Below, in pieces: positions 47,901 through 62,428 of a DNA stretch of 64,000 nt; position 1 is the first letter of the stretch, and each line of letters begins with the position of its first letter. The position numbers and the translations under genes were made by a program. The notes under the pieces are model-generated. The model searched no databases, was not told where the DNA came from, and saw nothing but the letters and a program-made list of their open reading frames with translations. Source of the DNA: Entomortierella parvispora E1425 (taxonomy: Eukaryota; Fungi; Mortierellomycota); the NCBI GenBank assembly GCA_020891255.1, contig BQFW01000011.1, forward strand, positions 682,001 through 746,000, in the 5' to 3' direction.

Positions 47901-50649
47901 AGTACTTTGATGATTGATTCCACGTATGGTTTCACGAGTCTCTGTGAGGCAATGACCAGGAGAGCCAAAAGTCGAGCACTCTCCTCCTTGTTGCGACCCA
48001 CGCCTGAAAATTCAATCTCGGTCAGCAGCTGGATAAGCGTCTTGCGAAGGGAAGGCATGACATAGGCTGGATTGTGCATTGAAAGTCGTCCAATGGTCGA
48101 GATTGCATACTCGCGGATCGCAAAGACCTCGTCGTTCAAGGCAATAAAGAGAGATCGGACATTCTCTGCCTGCGCGAGATGACGGTCGAACCTCTCATCA
48201 AGCGAAGCCATCACGGTTTGACGGATTACTGGGTCAGGATCAGCAATTCCCACAGTCAACAGCTTTTCCAGAACCTCGCCAACAACTTGAACAGCATGAG
48301 CACTGGTCTGGAAGCAAATGGGATCCTGAACAAAAAGTTGACAACAGGTCTGTGCAGCGGAGCGGCGAATATCTGCATTGTCGTCTTCCAGATATGGGAT
48401 GCAGCAATCCCGAACAAACTCGTTCAGGACATGTCCTGAAAAGTTGAAGGAGCCCAATGTGTTGAGTGCAAGAACGATCGAATCCACGTCCTTTGGCTCT
48501 GATATAAGGATATCACGTCTGATTGGCGAATTTATCAGAACTCTTGAAGTGTTGGGAGCTCCGAGTGGTTTGTACATTTGTCCGCTCAGGATCATTGAAA
48601 GCATGTTCAAGAGACGTTCTAAGGAGAGCAGAAGTTGGTCAATTCCTATTCAGCTCGCAATTGATGGACATCCTGTCAGAGTTACAAGTCCTATGACAAA
48701 CCTTGAATGACAGGCAACAATGGGGGTATACAGTTGGAGAGGTCAGACAGAGACTGGCGGAGAGGTTCACTCAATCCAGTGGCGAACATGAGCTCAAGCA
48801 GTTCGTGCATATGCTTTGTCAATGCTTGTCCGACAGCGTTTGCTAGCATACTGATGCAGCTGAAAATTGGCGTGTCCGTCTGAATGCGATTTTTACTATG
48901 AGAGCAAATACAATCCCAGTTAGCGTCGCTCTCGATAGTGGTTTGCTATCAAGCAAGGCACCCGTACGTACCTTTTCATCCGCAGACCCTCCTTAATACA
49001 GATCAAGATGTCGTCGAGATACACTCCCATATCAGCCCTGGCAACAAGCGCGACCTTTCCGATGGCCAGGAAAGCGTTGGAGCGATCCTTTTCTTTCATG
49101 AGTGAGCGATCCTTTTCCTTCCGCAGCTGGTTCAAAATATGAATCATCGACCGGTGCAAATAGACACGGGCAAAATCCGTGGGGTTATAGGCCGCTAAAT
49201 CAGGGATCAACGAGATTACTGTCCTCCGTACGAGTCCATCTCTGTCGCGGTATTTGAACACGGTTTCACAAGTCTCTATATATCGCTCATGCATGAACTA
49301 TACAGAAAAAAAGGTGTATGTTGTTAGCGTTCGCTCATTTTCCGAAGCTTGCGATACTTTTAGAGAATTGACAATAAAATGAACGTGTACCATTCCAGCA
49401 TGAAGAAGAAGCTCTCTGAAAATCAAAAGCGATCCGTGAATGCTTTCTGTGGATGCGATCCTGAGTCCTCTTTGAGCCTCTTCATTGATTCGGTTATACC
49501 AGCTGGCCTTATGTGGGCTGTCACGGTCTGCAACAATTGCCAACACTGCGCTGAGAGCATCGGCTGCAGCCACTCGGATATTTTGCTGTAAGATAAGGAA
49601 ATGGGAGTTAGTTATCTGTCGCGATTCCAAATATCCGCATTACTCAGTGAACTTACGTTAGGGTCCCTGAACGCAACCCAGATGTGGTCCAGAATGGATC
49701 CGACATATGGATACACGATAACATCAGCATGTCGAACCAACTCTGCAAGCACCAGCACACTAGCGTGGCGTCTAGCTTCCTGTCGATCTCCTGTAGAGTG
49801 GAAACAATGGTGAAAAGTGTTAGCGCAATAGCAACAGTGGATATCAGAAGGCTGTCCTCTGGCGTACCTGTAAGCCATTCGATTGCTCTCTTCAGCTCAA
49901 ACTCTACAAACACGGTTGTGAGTGTGCCGCCTTGTTGTGTGAGTTTTCCTATATATCGACGGAGACTATAGTGAGCAACCTGTAAAACAAAGAGATACGT
50001 CGAGCAAAGACCCAGCGACCATCCTCACCCAAAGCCCTGGCTGCCATTGTCATTGTCTTGACATCGGCTGGGAATAAATGACGCAGGTAATTTGCGAATC
50101 TCGTTGTATTTTCCATGCCTTCGATGTCGATCAGTTTATCTAAGGAGTCATCACATTGAAAAGAGAATGTCAGTCACTGCACCTTTGGGTGCCTTTGGAA
50201 GAAGTGGAATTGCAGTTAACACATTCGTTACCAATGATCATGACACCGCAAAGTTTATCGTTGTTGTCTACGCTCTGCACCATGGTCCAGATGATACCGT
50301 TCACCTCTACAAAGAATCGCTTCAGATCCTGGCCTGACAACTCCCGGGTCATGTCTGCGACCTGTCAATGGTATTGCAAGTGGTGTGAGTATAACGATAG
50401 CCTTTGCACGATTTTCAATTCATTCGAACGCAACGCTGCTATGGGGTTCCATCCTTACATAGTCCTTGAGCGCCTGCGCCGAGACTAACCGAACTTCTTC
50501 ATTCCTATAGTGACGAAAGGGGATGATCAGCTTTGGCTCTACACACCATCTCGCAAACCGACTTTATCCTTCCAATGACGCGTCACTTACTTGGACTTTA
50601 GTTCGCTCGACAGCTTTGAGAGCGTGTCTGGGGTTGCGGTAGCCGCCAT
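41977..50649 (-). CDS. TOR: Target of rapamycin kinase (PIKK), multi-exon
   Basis: HEAT repeats, FAT, FRB ([19 protein letters not shown], rapamycin-binding Ser present), kinase ([27 protein letters not shown]) and FATC ([12 protein letters not shown]). Start [13 protein letters not shown] inferred from splicing. Confidence 0.97.
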
Positions 50650-51187
50650 TGTCATTGTATAACTTTCCCGAGCGCCGCTTGATGATTAGTCTGCAAAGTG
50701 GTGGTAGGGGAAGGAATGCTTGTTCCGTGCGGAATGAACAGGGTTTTTGGTCTCTGCGAACAGCGGCAGAGGATCCTTCGGATGGGTGCTGTTTTGCGAA
50801 TAGGGTGGGAAGCAAAAGAAGAAAAGGTATGATGGAGCAAGGACGGGGAAACCAGGGTTTCTACGTCGAGCAAGGCGGAGTAAACGGGGCGATGGATGCT
50901 TGCATGCATGTGAACTCTTTCAGAGCATGGGGAAGGGAGAGGGGAGAGCGGAGGACCAGCCCATGCACAGCGCATGCGACTGTGCTCTTCCCTCACGTGA
51001 CGACAGCACCGTCGCGATTCGAAACGAAACGCGGTCATGTGACTGTCAAAATACAGTAAGAACAACGAAACGAAAAATGGTGGCGCGCACAGGTGCAGTG
51101 GTGTCCCTCCCTCAGTGTGTTCTTTGAGCCCGTCCCTTCTTCCCTTCTTCCCTTCTTCCCTTCTTCTCCTTCCCTCTTTGAGCTGCC

Positions 51188-51223
<36 letters not shown>

Positions 51224-51320
51224 GGTGGCTCTGGTCCGTCAGTCTGCCGCCTCTCCCTTCTTTTTCTCCTTCCTCGCAACCTTCCACCCTGTTGCTGCTC
51301 CTCTTGGCTCCATTAGAGTG
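50650..51320. promoter_or_regulatory. Bidirectional promoter of TOR and SEN1 with E-box-like sites
   Basis: Head-to-head starts about 670 bp apart; TCACGTGA 50993-51000 and GTCATGTGAC 51034-51043. Confidence 0.5.
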
Positions 51321-54300
51321 ATGCAACGCGACATGGACACTCCATTCTGGACACCCCTTCTGGACACCCCTTCAGAGGACCTAATCTCGGCCTTGACCAC
51401 GTTGCTTCCTAGCACAAAACTGACAGAGCGCACCGAGGAAGAGACGCATGCCTTCCTAACGAGCGCCTTGCAGCATGTCCTACAACACCCAGCTCTCCAC
51501 TGGTGGTGCAACCCCCAGCTGAGGCCCATCTCCATGGAGATGCTGACGCTCTTTGGCTTTGAGGAGAACGAGTCCTTGAAAGGCTACAAGAGTGCCTTGG
51601 AGAATGTCTTGGGAGGCTGCCTCGACTGCACAGAGTCGTATCAGCAGGATCGTAGAATATTCATCAATAGGTACGGATATTCATCCAATTTTATCGGCCG
51701 CGCAATAATTTGAACTTTATGCTGACCTGATAACTCTGTCCTTCAAAAAGGTTGCAGGATGAGTTTGGTGCCGAGATCACCGAGGCATTTTATGAGGCGA
51801 TCCTGCGATGGGATAGCAACAGACTGATATGGCGGATGGAGCATCTCTCGACTGCAGCTGCATCGTCTGAACTTCAAAAACGGAAAAAGATCTGCATGTG
51901 CGACATGATGCTCGATCCCACCGCCTTACTCGACCATCGGTTCTCGGGAACATTCACTGGATATCTCACGGGCTTCCTTTTGGACTTGTTTCAAGCAAAG
52001 AAAGTCAAGATCCAGTCTGTACTCCCAGGCATATGGCTTATGCTACTTCACGACAATACTATAATTCAGGACTGGGCTCTGTATACAAGCAAGCTAGGCG
52101 CCTCGATGGAAACTATCACAGCGGACAGATGGGCTGGTTGGGAGCCTTTCAAAGTTGTATGGAAATTGGCACTGGATCTAGTGGACGGAAGCCTCCCTGG
52201 ACGTGATTCAGCTATACCCTTGACCCTGGATCCTGCTCGAATCTGGATGGGAATCCGTTCAATGCTCTCGGGAATGGACGCTCAGGTCATGCATGATGCT
52301 GTCAAGTACGACAGCGAGACTTGGAACACGTTCAGAAACAGACTTACCACCGCGGTTCAAGACCCAACAACGCCCCCCACAGTATTCTTGGAAACCAGTC
52401 GGATATTGTTTTATTTGCTTGGATCGCTGAAGCAAGTATTTTGGGTGAAAGACGATAGCTCTTTGCCGTCAGTGAGGTATGGATCTGCTATGATTGATTG
52501 GTCAATTGACAAAGATACGAAGAAGAAGAAGAAGAAAGACGTCTTATTTTATTTTATTTTTTTCAATTGTCTTTCAGCGAAGCAAAGCGGGTGCTTCGGA
52601 CAATATTTATTCGTCCCGAAATATCCACCTTTTCAAAGAGCGGCGCACAAAAGGAATCGCCAGCAAGGACCTCGGCTTTTTTGGAACATGTGTCGTGGGT
52701 CTCTAGCTTCATCAACTCTTTGCCGTCAACAATAACCCTTTCAGGACGTTTGCTTATCGCCACGGATGTTCTTTTGGATTGTTTATCAGGACCCATGAAG
52801 GACCGGATAATTACCAGGCGCCCAACGGCAGACGATGATGACCTTCAGTATACTCGCCTCGACTATGATTTCAAACTTCTCAAACTGGTGTTTGATTTGC
52901 TCCGCCAACAGGAGAGTCGTGACCACAAAATATCATCAAGTCTAGTTCTCTCTCCCCATTGGAACTGGATTGGCCCAGTTTGCGCTCTAGGACCAAGTGC
53001 TCTATTACCCGCCTCCCTTCCAGAGTCTGTGGAACAGGAGGTTATCGCTGTCTCAAACGCCGCTCTGAAGTTTGTGATCGAGGCCTTGAAGGAGATTGTG
53101 GAGACCATGTGGAGCAACTACGACGTCGTCATCAAGTCTGTTAGGGCAGTGAGCGTCGGGGTGTTGGAGCGCTCGAACGCAGAGCTCTGGTTCAGGATCG
53201 CAGAAGCATTACCATCCAAGACGCCCAGTGAACTTCAGGCTCTTCCAGGAAGTGATCAAGCAAGACTCCAGGAATGGGAAACACTACTGATCGAAACCAG
53301 CTCTCAATTAGCGTTGCTACCAAAGGCAGAGACCAGGCCTCATTTCACCAAGGACGCTCTTGAACTTTGCGGACGGTTTAACGACGACCTCGGATTCTTT
53401 TTTCAGTCCAACTCGATCATTCTCCAGGCGTTGTCTTACCACGGAGTACCGTGGAATCAGCGGCTTCTGAACCAAGGCGACAAGCGATTCCTCACAAAAC
53501 TGCTAAAGCTATGGTGCAGCCCGAACCAGGAGACTGGTGCTCAAGCTCTATTTATTATGAGATCTGGGTGGGATGAGGTGACTCGATCGTCCTGCCTTCG
53601 TCGAGCATTCATGATTGGAGGAGACAGCAGTATTGAGGAACTAGACAATATCTTGTCAGATTTCCGGAATCGCAAAACACCAGGTGGAGCCACTCCCCCT
53701 GTGTTGTTTCAATTCCTTCTCGACTCGGTCACCACGCTGTTCCTCACAAACTCGATAGATGGAGAAGGAGGACTCTACTTGCAGATCTTTTTGGAACTCG
53801 CATCCTCTCAGGAAGTCGCTCGACACTTGCAGATGATCAAGCAGCTTTGGAACTCGATTTGGCAATCCATGAAAGCGGCATTCTTGGCGGGACGTACAAT
53901 CTGGAACGATAGACAGGAGCGCAACGAAACCGTCAAAACAATGAAGGTGGTGGTGGATGTGGGTCTTTTGATCATTGGAAAGATCCGTTACTTTGAGCGA
54001 CTTCTCCAGTTCGAGAACCAAGACATTGATTTCGACGCACCTGATTTGGACCAACCGGACTTTGTCAGTTCTTCTCAGGGCCGTGCGGCTGCAAAGGAGA
54101 CTATGCCATTAGAATTCATGAAGGCTGCACTGGCGCGGATGACCGACTGGATTTACGCCCAAGACACAATGTTGTGCACTGCCGCACTGAACCTTGTGTG
54201 CGCTGTTCTCGATCTACTGGCGGAGCATGACGATATGATTGACGAAGCGGATACAAAGGCGCTCACTGCTTTGGCCGCTGGAAATCAGGAACCAAAGAGC

Positions 54301-57300
54301 TTGCTGACGGAAGAACAGCGCGAGCACTTGTGGATTGCGCTCAGTCGTCATAGCGCTTACCCAAGTCGGTCCGAACCCTCCTCTTCAGTCGTCCCAGAGA
54401 CGATTGAGATCTCGGATGACGACTTTGGCGATATTGATGAAGTCGATCTCACAGGGTTTGAGTTTGATGACATGGAAGAACCAGAGGAGGAGCCACCACA
54501 ACCGTCTGTTTCGGAGCCACCAAAGGCGGCCCCGTTCATTTTTCGACCTACGCCAGCCAACAACCCGTACCTTCAGACAAAACTCAATTTCAACCAGGTT
54601 GATCCTTATCGTCCGGGGATTCCGGCTGGCGGTACCCTGACGCGTAAACTTCCCTCGTCACTCACCAAGATGAACATTTCTCCAAAGCCAGCTGTCAGAG
54701 TCGCACCATTGAAGAAGGGCAGCAAATTGAGCCAGATGCGCGCCGATCATACAAGAGAACGTCGGAGCATTGTTGAAGCTTCGAAGGAGCGACAAATGTC
54801 GAAAGCGATGCCGATTCTCAGGGCACCCGTTGTCGAAAGGGCAAAGCCACAGTCTGATTCAGAGAGTCCAAGCGAGAGTGAAGCGGAGGACGACAACAAT
54901 GGCTTGAGCAGTCTTATTGACACTGAGGAGTCGTGGAACGATCGGAACAAACCCAAGGTTCAGAGAAAGACAAAACTCTTGGAACTGAAGGATATTGCTC
55001 CTCGAGGAACTGTTATAGACCCAAGTGCCTACCGACGTCAGAAGGCCAAGGAAGATTATGAACGGATACAACGGCTTACACCTAACCTCACCAACCTTCA
55101 CACTCAAATTTTGAAATGGGAAGTGTCAGCCACAGGCGATCGTCCACCTGACAACCAGGAGTATCGCAAAGTTCCGTCCACCTTTGATTCTGTGGAGGCA
55201 TATGCAAAGGCATTTGAGCCGCTGTTGGTTCTGGAATGTTGGCAACAACTCATGGCTGCTCGTGAGGAATGCAACCAGTCTTCGGACTCTATTATGGTGC
55301 AGGTCGTCAATCGAGTCTCCACCAGTCATTTTCAAGACACGCATGCCAGAGTGCCCAAAGACAAAGCGAGTGGTATCATGGTGGATGATATTGTCGTCAT
55401 GGCCGATCCATCTGTCCGAGATGTTTTCACGGAAAAGGGCAATGCGACGCGTGCCAAACCTTTCTTTGCAAAGGTCCAGTCGATCGTGCGGTCAAAAGGC
55501 GAATGTGAAGTTGTTTTCCGAACATGCCTAAAGATTGAAGAGTCGAGCGCCCTGATGTTTGTCCGACCTTTGACCAGATGGAGTGTGCTCAAGCTTATGA
55601 AGTAAGAAACTATGGGACTGCCTTGTTCCATTTGACGTGTGTATGAGAGGGTCAGCGATGCTAACGCTTCTTTTTTTTTTCTTTTTTTTTTACTCTCGCT
55701 CTTTACCTGCAGTTTGACGACAACTCATCGTGAATATGCTGCCCTCATTGCTATGCGCCACTATGACCTTTGCGACGATATCCTTAAACCGCCCACAGCT
55801 CACCCGCCAAAACCAGCGGAAGAGACTCTAAGAAAGCTGATGGGAACTTTTAATGTCAATACTCCACAGGCTATGGCCATTGCAGGCGCTTTGGCAAAAC
55901 CAAATGGATTTACTCTTATTCAAGGGTATGTGCAATAGCCTGAGCGATATGGTCATCCATGATTTCCCCCTTTTTTTTTCCTTTTATTAACCACCAATCC
56001 TCTTCGTCTATATAGACCACCGGGAACAGGAAAAACAAAAACTATTCTTGGTCTGGTGGGAGCTTTCTTGGACGACGGCTCACGGCGACAACAGGCACCA
56101 TCCGTTCAGTCTTTGAGGGGCGAAAAAACCCTTGAAACAGGAACAGTCAGTCGTATTCTTGTCTGTGCTCCTTCGAATGCCGCCATTGATGAAATTGTGA
56201 AGCGATTGAAGGGTGGCATTCGTAATACCCAAGGCGCGATGGTATCACCCAAGGTAGTCCGCATTGGAACTATGGAGACTGTGAATGCCGAGGTGAAGGA
56301 TGTGGCGCTGGAGGCCCTGATTGCCAAAGAACTAGAATCCAAGGGCGATGCATCGGGTGACCAGAAGACTCACCAGGAACGAATGAACGGTCTGAGAGAA
56401 AAGATGAAGCAAATCACCATTGATGTGGATCATGCTCGTTTGGAGCTGGTGCAGGTCAAGCAGGGCAACAACATGATGGCTATATCGGAGGCTCAGGCCA
56501 AGATCAAGGCTCTGAATACCTCAAAGTGGAAACTGGGACAGGAACTCGACCAGGCTCGATCCAGTTATGATGAACTCAACCAAAAGAAGGACCAGGCGAG
56601 AAAAGATGCGCGTGACAAGATTTTAACAGAAGCCGATGTTATTTGCTCGACTTTGAGTGCAAGTGGACACGATCTCTTGACGAGCTCCAACTTTACGTTC
56701 GATACTGTCATTATTGACGAGGCTGCTCAGTCCGTTGAAATCAGTTCACTTATCCCTCTGAAATACGGAACGAAGCGATGTGTGCTTGTGGGTGGTAAGT
56801 AACTTACTCTAATTGGATATGCTGACGGTATGGTCACTCATTTATTTAAATTCACCCTGCATCCATAGATCCAAACCAGCTACCGCCAACGGTCATGTCC
56901 CAACTTGCAACCAAATTCGACTATAATCGGAGTTTATTCGTGCGAATCCAGGGATTGGCGCCCACTTCTGTTCATCTTTTGAGTATTCAGTACCGTATGC
57001 ATCCCGACATCAGTGTATTCCCCAGTCGTGCGTTTTACAAATCCTTACTGAAGGACGGCCCAAATATGGCAGAGAAAACAAGAGCAGAGTGGCATGTCAG
57101 CAAGATTACACCCCCGTATAAGTTCTTTGACGTCCGTCATGGAAGAGAGAAGGTTGGTCTCTCTCACTCACAGCACAATCCTATAGAGGCGGAAACGGCA
57201 GTAGACTTGCTGGATTTCCTGTGTAGAGGAAACAAATCTCTTAACGTAAGTGCTTTATTGCTTCAGTGTGAGTGTGGACTAAATTGGTCTGTCAATGCTT

Positions 57301-58619
57301 GCTGACACCACATGTTGCGTTACAGTTCTTTAGACGTGTAGGCGTGATTTCGCCCTATAAGCAGCAAATCAGGACTTTGAAAGAATACTTTTCACGGCAC
57401 TTTGGTCAAAAGATCTTGGAAGCTGTGGACTTTAACACTGTGGATGGTTTTCAAGGACAAGAAAAGGATATTATTATCTTTTCCTGTGTTCGTGCCTCCA
57501 ACTCTGGGTCCGTAGGATTCCTGTCGGACATTCGCCGTATGAACGTCGCGCTCACTCGTGCTCGACAGTCGTTATTTATTCTGGGGCATGCCGAAACCCT
57601 TCGTCGGGAGCCGATCTGGGGTGACCTTGTCAGAGATGCAGAAGCGCGTGGCCACTACGTTGAGGTAAGGAGCTGCTTTTGATTTAGTATCTGACTCTAG
57701 ACCATCTTCACCATAGGGTTATGTGGTTATGTTTCGACAAACAGTGGTGTTTATCATAGGGACTAAAACAGGCTGCCGTTTGTATTCTTCTAGGTTGCGC
57801 ACGATTTCTTTGGACCCAAGTACAGTCAATTGCCACAAAACATTTTGCAGCCAAAGATCGAGGTTGTTGACCGGAGAAATGAGCTCTATGGACGAGTTGC
57901 GGATCACAGGAAGGCGGCCACGATCATTGAACAACCCGAAGCTATCATGGAGGATGTTATTGAAACGGAATCATACCCTAGTCTACCAACGGTGGATGAA
58001 CCCGCTCCTATTTCTAGACCGTCTTCAAGGGGATCGCGCGTATCGACCCCACGTGATGCGTGGGATGGCAGGCAACCAAAGCCAGAGGACATGGATATTG
58101 ACAGCCCTCCACGGAAGCCCAGGAGCACTGAACTGCAGGATCGTATCAACGCTGAAGCTAGCAAGGATGCCAAAGATGCCATGCCGATCGTGGATCGTCC
58201 GCCTCTTGACCAGGTGTCATCGAATCATGGTCATAAGCGCAAGAACTCTTCTCCGGAAAGACCTTCTTCTGACAAGCAACCACCTCCTAGAAAGCCTGCC
58301 CCGAGTCTTTTCCTGAAAAGCAAACCCATGAGCATGAAGGTATGTGGATTTCCAATCCTCTTGTGGCTGTCCCCCCCTTTTCGTTTTATATTTTATTGAC
58401 CTTTTTTTTTTTTTTTTTTTTTTTTTGTAGAACGGTCAACGGCCCAACTCATCTGCATCGACGATTCCTGTTCGAGAGCGTCTGGCTGCCACAGTCGCGC
58501 CTATCCGGAAGAGTTACCCGTCTGGTGATGGTCATGCTCGACCACCGCCTCCAGCCCGTCGGGACACTGGTCCGTCGCTAGACCAACTCTTGGACACCTT
58601 GAAGAAACCAAAATCCTAA
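51321..58619 (+). CDS. SEN1: Senataxin/Sen1 SF1B RNA/DNA helicase, multi-exon
   Basis: SEN1_N features (LHWWC, CLDC); Walker A split as IQG|PPGTGKTKT; ILVCAPSNAAIDE; IIDEAAQ; QYRMHPDI; NTVDGFQGQEKD; RRMNVALTRAR. Confidence 0.95.
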
Positions 58620-59496
58620 GAGCCATATAGATATACAAGTACCTTCAAAGCACAGTTGCGGGAGTTAGACGCGCCTTGCTTGAGGTCCAAGGTCTCAACA
58701 CCGTCCAGGTAGGGCAAAGATGCCAAAAATATTAGCTGGGATTGGGAGCTACAGTTGACCCGTCTACGCGTTCATACGCGTTCCTTGTTCCTCGCCCACT
58801 ACGCTCCCCACGCTCGGCATTACACATTACATTACCAGCGACAACCCTTCGCACCATTAAACATCTGCATTGCATTCCACCTTTTCATCACCTCTTATCA
58901 TCTGGTCTTTTACGCATCCTCCAAATTGTGCCACACATCACTTGCCAATGGGGGGTCAGTTCTTTGTCAAAGGAGGAGTAGATACTATTTACATCGGGCT
59001 GAGTGGGGGTCTGTGCGATGCAATCCTAAGCTCTCTCTCTCATTCTTTTTCATTTAAATGCTCGCCTTCACCTTCATCCCTCAACCCCATTTTACTTCTC
59101 GTTTGACACCATGGCCGACAATCTCGCGACTCTGTTCTGTCTCTTCGAACCATAAGGCTTGAGCTAGATTCGACATTTCTCCCCACTGAGAGCCCATAGA
59201 ACCATGAAACGCATACTATGACTGAGGGAATTTTGAGAGTTTTCAGATATGATTATTGGATCCCGGGTAGCTCTTCTGGCTCTTTGATAAACGAAATCTG
59301 GAGCGGTGCTACCTTGAACTCGTGAAAAGTTCAAAAATAGCATATTTTCACGAAACACTGCAATTCCGCAAGAAAGCGTGAATCTGACGGTACAGTAGTC
59401 CATTAGACAGCTGACGGATTTATAATACTTCTATTTTGATGACGAGGGAGCGGTGGTTCCTTTTTCTCCTGAAAAAAAAGGGTGTTGTTGTTGATA

Positions 59497-62428
59497 TTAG
59501 AGATAAAAAGTGTCGACGATGGTGCTGAAATAGGTCATGGCCATCCACTCGGGCTTGCTCTTGACGAGATTGTGCAGGACCAGCATTTCACCCGTGCCCG
59601 CCAGTTCTCTCTCGGCCTTGCCTCCAAAGGCCTCAGGTTCCAGAGCGGTAATCTCGACTTTGAGCTTGTCGTTCGGTCCTGAGGCATGGTATTCCAGATC
59701 CATTCGCCATCCATCGGCGCGGTAGCCGCTCGAGATCCTGACCACGTAATGGTTATATTCCTTGGAGGGGATGTCGGAATCGAGGGACCAGGCCGTCAGT
59801 TTGGCGTCAAAGGAAACGACAGTGAAGATGTAATCGGCATGAGTGCACAGGATGGTCAGGCTTCGAAGACCCTTCCCGGGGTCGTAGCGGACATTCTCGG
59901 CCACCATCTTGGGAGAGTCTTTGATCAAATCCGTCAAAGGCGAGTTGCTCTCTGCAATAGTCTTGTTCTCGGTCCGGGCACGGATATAAGGGGTGGTGTC
60001 CAGAGAATAAGAGTCCAGGAAGAAGGAGAAAGGGTAGACGGCGTGCCAGTCCCCAGGGCTGTCCACGCCGTGGTGGAACTTTGCCTTGGTCTCGTACATG
60101 GATTCGAGCGCGGCCACATAGGTATCGTAGAAAGGACCAGGGTCGCAATGAGCTACAAAGACCCTAGTCTCGCCCGAAGTCATGTTCCTCAAGTGTTGCG
60201 CAAAGACTCGTTGGGGATGGAGGCTATTGAATGGTCGAATGAACATGACAGAAAAAGACAGGATCGCCAGCTGGAGAATCACCAAGGCCGCAATGATCTT
60301 TTTCATGGGGCCACGACCGAAACGATGGACAAACGCCAACAGGGGAGGCGAGATCATGAAGCAGAAAAAACCGACCATGCCGGCACAGATCACGTCCACG
60401 GGGGCATTCGTGCCAATACGGCCCATTAGAGGAACAAGGGTATCCAAAAGACAGAATGCAAGCTGGGCAAAAGTCAGGGTGGGGATGGCAGTGGCGACAA
60501 AATAAGTCTTATAGTCCACGCCAATCGCGGACGCGGACATGTCCTCTCGTTGGTTTTTCTTGGACAATCCCGAGATCTTGGTTCGGTTATAGAACATGGA
60601 AACAGTAAAACTGAGAGAATACAGACACAGGGCATAGCTGGATCCGATCCGGGCTTGGGTTGCTGTGCCCATGAAAACAGCAAAGAAGAAATGAACGCCT
60701 GACAAAGTACTCAACTCGTTGGCTCCGTGGCTTGCTTTGGGGTCATGGACAAAGTACTGAACCAGGACCATAGCTGCCAAAGCTGCAGGTGCGAAATGAA
60801 TCAGGGGCAGCCACTCGCCACTGAACCATTGCATGGGCTTGCCCAGGAGTTGAAGAGATTTGGCTACCGCAATAGCTCCGGCCATCGAAGCTGCAAACGA
60901 GGCGAAGACTGAGGCCGTGGATTTCACCGTTGGTCTGGACGCCCCGAGGCTTATAGCAAACAGAGCAAAGACACCAACGCCCATTGCCAAATAAATGGCC
61001 GTTTGGAACGAGTACACTGTGAAAAAAAGTCCCAAGGTGTCGAAAAAGATCACATCCGTTGACTTTTCAAACTTGGGTCCTGAAAGGTCGGCATGGTTAC
61101 CCAGATAGGTCACCATAGCCAGAGTGTTCTCTCCTAGGTGCTGAGGAAGTCCGACTTCCATGTGCTCGTTCGTGTCTAAATGGGTATGGTAGGCGTAACT
61201 GTTCTTGTAAACGGCCATATCTAAACCCGTCAGGTCTCCGTATTCGACGAACTGACGGAAATCGGTGTCACTGAGGATAATGCCTGTGGCAAAGAGATCA
61301 TTGGCCATCACAGAGCCATGGGGATAAGGGACGCGTTTATAGGCGTCCACCATTTCTCGAGAATTGGCCTGGAAGAGGATCTCGGGTCCCTTGGTACCAG
61401 CGCCCTCGATGTTGATCACTGCCCTGATATTGTCTTTGAGCTCGTGCGTGGTGATGAAGGAATGGGATGCGTCCTGCAGGGACTCTTCGCCTCCATTGAG
61501 CACTATGGTCCAGAAGAATTTCAGGTTGAGTTCCCAGGTTACGTGATTTGTCGGGGTGCAATGTTCATTTCGTCAAGCAATGCTTTCCACTTACAGAAAA
61601 CTAGACTGTTTCTCTTCAATGCAGGTCGCAAACTGAGAACGCGGATAGTTTCCATGAGCGTGGCCACGCCCAAAGCGTCATCGGTCGCACCGGGACTTCC
61701 CAGGGTCGTGTCCACATGTCCGTTCAAGAGCACAGAGTTCTTGTCGCACTCTGGACCACATGAAAGTCTCACCACGACATTAGTCATGTTGGTGTACATC
61801 TTCATCACCACTATGCACGGGGTAAAAAAAAAGCCGGGTGTCAGATATTTTTTTTCGGTTCTTTTTTTTTACCCGTCTTCAACTTTTTCTGTGTCCCAAC
61901 TCGTCCCTTCTGTGGTTTACCTTTGGACATGAAGTCAAACCGATGAGAACCGTCATTGACTTGAGTCCAATATTCAAACTTTGGCAGATCCTTTGCTCCT
62001 TTTGCGGTGGCGATCAGAGCCTGCTCCTGCATGGACTTGATCTCCCTGATCAGGTACTCTTCTGCATCAACCATCTGGATCGTTCCCACCAACCTCAGTC
62101 CGATATCCTCAGAAAGCGTCTTTGTGATTTTGCGGACATTAGCCTCGGAGTATTGAGTGATACCGGTCTTAGGGTCAAAAGGTTCGTTCAAAGGCGTGGG
62201 CAGTCGTGTGTTACCCCAGTGCGCAACTGAGACCAGGACGACCAAGAATCCGAGAAGATAAGTCCAGGAGGAGAAGATGGATCGGGAGGAGTGATGCACA
62301 TGCGCTTTGGTTGAGTGGGACTGGAGAGTCTTCCCTCTGAGATCCTGGCTGCCTGGCAATGATGAGCCACGGTTGCCGGAGCGAGGGGACCTTCCCCCGT
62401 TTTGGTGGCGCTGCTTCAGAGCCGGCAT
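59497..62428 (-). CDS. M28 family ER/vacuolar membrane metallopeptidase (ERMP1/Pff1-like)
   Basis: LLNGHVDT, GATDDALGV, NGGEESLQDAS, INIEGAG, YHTHLD, followed by multiple TM helices. Confidence 0.92.
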
